This document shows positions 62,505-64,000 of a DNA stretch of 64,000 nucleotides, piece after piece (positions within the stretch are counted from its first letter, which is position 1; every line of letters starts with the position of its first letter). Below the pieces are notes generated by a model. The model worked only from the letters and a program-made list of their open reading frames with translations, ran no database searches and had not been told where the DNA came from. This DNA comes from Chamaesiphon sp. (GTDB lineage Bacteria > Cyanobacteriota > Cyanobacteriia > Cyanobacteriales > Chamaesiphonaceae). The DNA is taken from the NCBI GenBank assembly GCA_965246715.1, contig CBDFFH010000047.1:1-64000 (forward strand), given 5' to 3'. The translations under genes were made by a program, and so were the position numbers.

Positions 62505-62933
62505 TCAACGAATCGAGTTAAATGCTTTGATACCTTGATAATTCAGCATCCGAGCCTCTCTACGGGTAAATTCGCCGACAGATGGGTTTCCATTGGGATG
62601 GACGACTCCAGCCACTCGCTGCCATAGTTCGCTGGGGGCAGGTGTGACTTCATAAAGTCGCTCTCCAGTCTTACATACGTAATACCACTGAGTAGCCTGA
62701 CACCGATCGCACCAAAAAGCCTCTAACCACTCGCCAGTAATCGACACAGTGGTATGAAATCTAATTAATGTTTGTGCGGCTGCGCGGTTGACACCACGAG
62801 CTTGCAGTTGATCGGGAGCATCAGCAAATAAATAGTATTTTTTACTACTACTGTCTAGATAGCAGCCATGCACCGGACAGTAAATACTCCGGCGCTTCGA
62901 TCTGCTTCGATTTTTGACACACTTATCCTGCAC
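62505..62933 (-). CDS. Cys-containing hypothetical protein
   Basis: GTG 62933 preceded by AAGGAGG; CPVH and CDRC motifs. Confidence 0.7.
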   Translation of the reverse strand: MQDKCVKNRSRSKRRSIYCPVHGCYLDSSSKKYYLFADAPDQLQARGVNRAAAQTLIRFHTTVSITGEWLEAFWCDRCQATQWYYVCKTGERLYEVTPAPSELWQRVAGVVHPNGNPSVGEFTRREARMLNYQGIKAFNSIR

Positions 62934-63397
62934 TTCGGCCTCCTTCTCTGAACTCGATCGCAGTGAACTGAAGGTTGCGAGGGAGAGACTGAGATCTAAA
63001 GATCGTCGAAGTCTGCTCCTGTAAATTACCAAACTAGAGCCTGAAGCCGCGCGATTGTCAAAGCGGCTGGATCTGAGATTGGCTGCTCATTCGAGCAAAA
63101 ATATTTTTAGCAAAAGCTAGATCTGTTAACTGGTCTTCAAAGCTCACTAATGCTGTCGATCGACATCGAACTGTTTAGTGCTAACGGACGATCGTTGGCA
63201 GCAGCAGCAACAATCCGAACAAACTCGATCGGTTGATAGTTGTCACTCCATCAATATAGCGGTTGTCTTGCTTTGCCCAAGAATCATATCATATTAGTCA
63301 TGGCTTCGTGCTGTAATGTCGAGCAGATTCACTGCCCTACTCCGATCGTGTAGCTTTAGCGTTGGCAAATCGAGTGAATTGCCGCCAGATACCGAAA

Positions 63398-64000
63398 CTA
63401 TTCCTGCATCTTTTTGAGCAAAGCTTGAGTGAGCGGGTATTTTGACAGGATCTCAACTCGTTCAGTATTCACGACTTGATGTAAAAAGTCAAGGAAATCC
63501 TGACGCACCTTTTGAGTTTTGGGATGGTCGGCACCCAAATGTTGCTCTCGAATTGCTAGCGAGCGGGTGTATAGTGGCTCTGCCTCCTGATAGCGTTCCA
63601 TCGATCGGTAGAGAAAAGCTAAATTATTCAAGCTATTAGCCGTTTGAAGATGATTATCACCCAGATGTCGCTCTCTAATTGCTAGCGACTGGAGATATAA
63701 AGGTTCAGCTTCAGCATAGCGCTTCATTTTATAATACAGGCTTGCCAGGTTATTTAAGCTTTGGGCGATGTAAGGATGATGTGCTGCTAATTGCTGCTGC
63801 CTGATTTCTAACGCACGAATGTATAGCGGTTCCGCAGCTGGGTAATCTCCAGTTTTATAGTATAAAACTGCTAAATTATTTAATCCTTGTGCGGTATAGT
63901 GATGCTCGCGACCCATTTGCCGTTCGTAAATTCCCAGCGCTCTGAGATACAGTGGTTCTGCTTGTGCGTAATTTTCAATCCGGTAGTATAAACTAGCGAG
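63398..64000 (-). CDS. Tetratricopeptide repeat protein, C-terminal part (5' end outside window)
   Basis: Repeated 42-aa units SLNNLA.LY....Y..AEPLY..L.I; frame is open to the window end. Confidence 0.92.
   Translation of the reverse strand, partial: LASLYYRIENYAQAEPLYLRALGIYERQMGREHHYTAQGLNNLAVLYYKTGDYPAAEPLYIRALEIRQQQLAAHHPYIAQSLNNLASLYYKMKRYAEAEPLYLQSLAIRERHLGDNHLQTANSLNNLAFLYRSMERYQEAEPLYTRSLAIREQHLGADHPKTQKVRQDFLDFLHQVVNTERVEILSKYPLTQALLKKMQE

Noticed and set aside
63398..64000. Periodic DNA repeats as a CRISPR array
   Set aside because: The 126-nt periodicity is explained by coding TPR units.

Overview
Cyanobacterial chromosomal window: it carries apcE, cyanobacterial-type hfq, nuiA and Uma2, and the CGATCG core is very dense, both as HIP1 GCGATCGC and as TCGATCGA. 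A Chamaesiphon-like host is an inference, not verified. 1-0.5 kb is the 3' end of an IS701-like transposase. 3.0-9.7 kb is an accessory island: a coupled His-rich/DUF6745-like gene pair, a decayed toxin-antitoxin remnant, intact hicAB, an orphan FGE/CLec-like tail, a VWA protein with a duplicated C-terminal module, and a signal peptide-HEAT-TM-NACHT-like NTPase. 9.7-33.2 kb is mostly housekeeping (yebC, ABC binding protein, nuiA, hfq, CPA2 antiporter, M23, ComFB/CdgR-like, Zn-ribbon-OMT fusion, dprA, queE, pepA, apcE, hrcA, hisH). 33.3-63 kb is a ~30 kb surface-polysaccharide locus. Its upstream part encodes a putative lipid-linked-sugar cassette: a polyprenol-P GT2, a flippase-like protein, a methyltransferase and three GT-C-like paralogues. 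Small mobile DNA includes two related MITEs with 4-bp target duplications, nested palindromic elements, and a 24-nt element inserted in frame into a HIP1 site. I recognised no rRNA, tRNA or CRISPR array. Family assignments come from motif recognition only; no searches were run.
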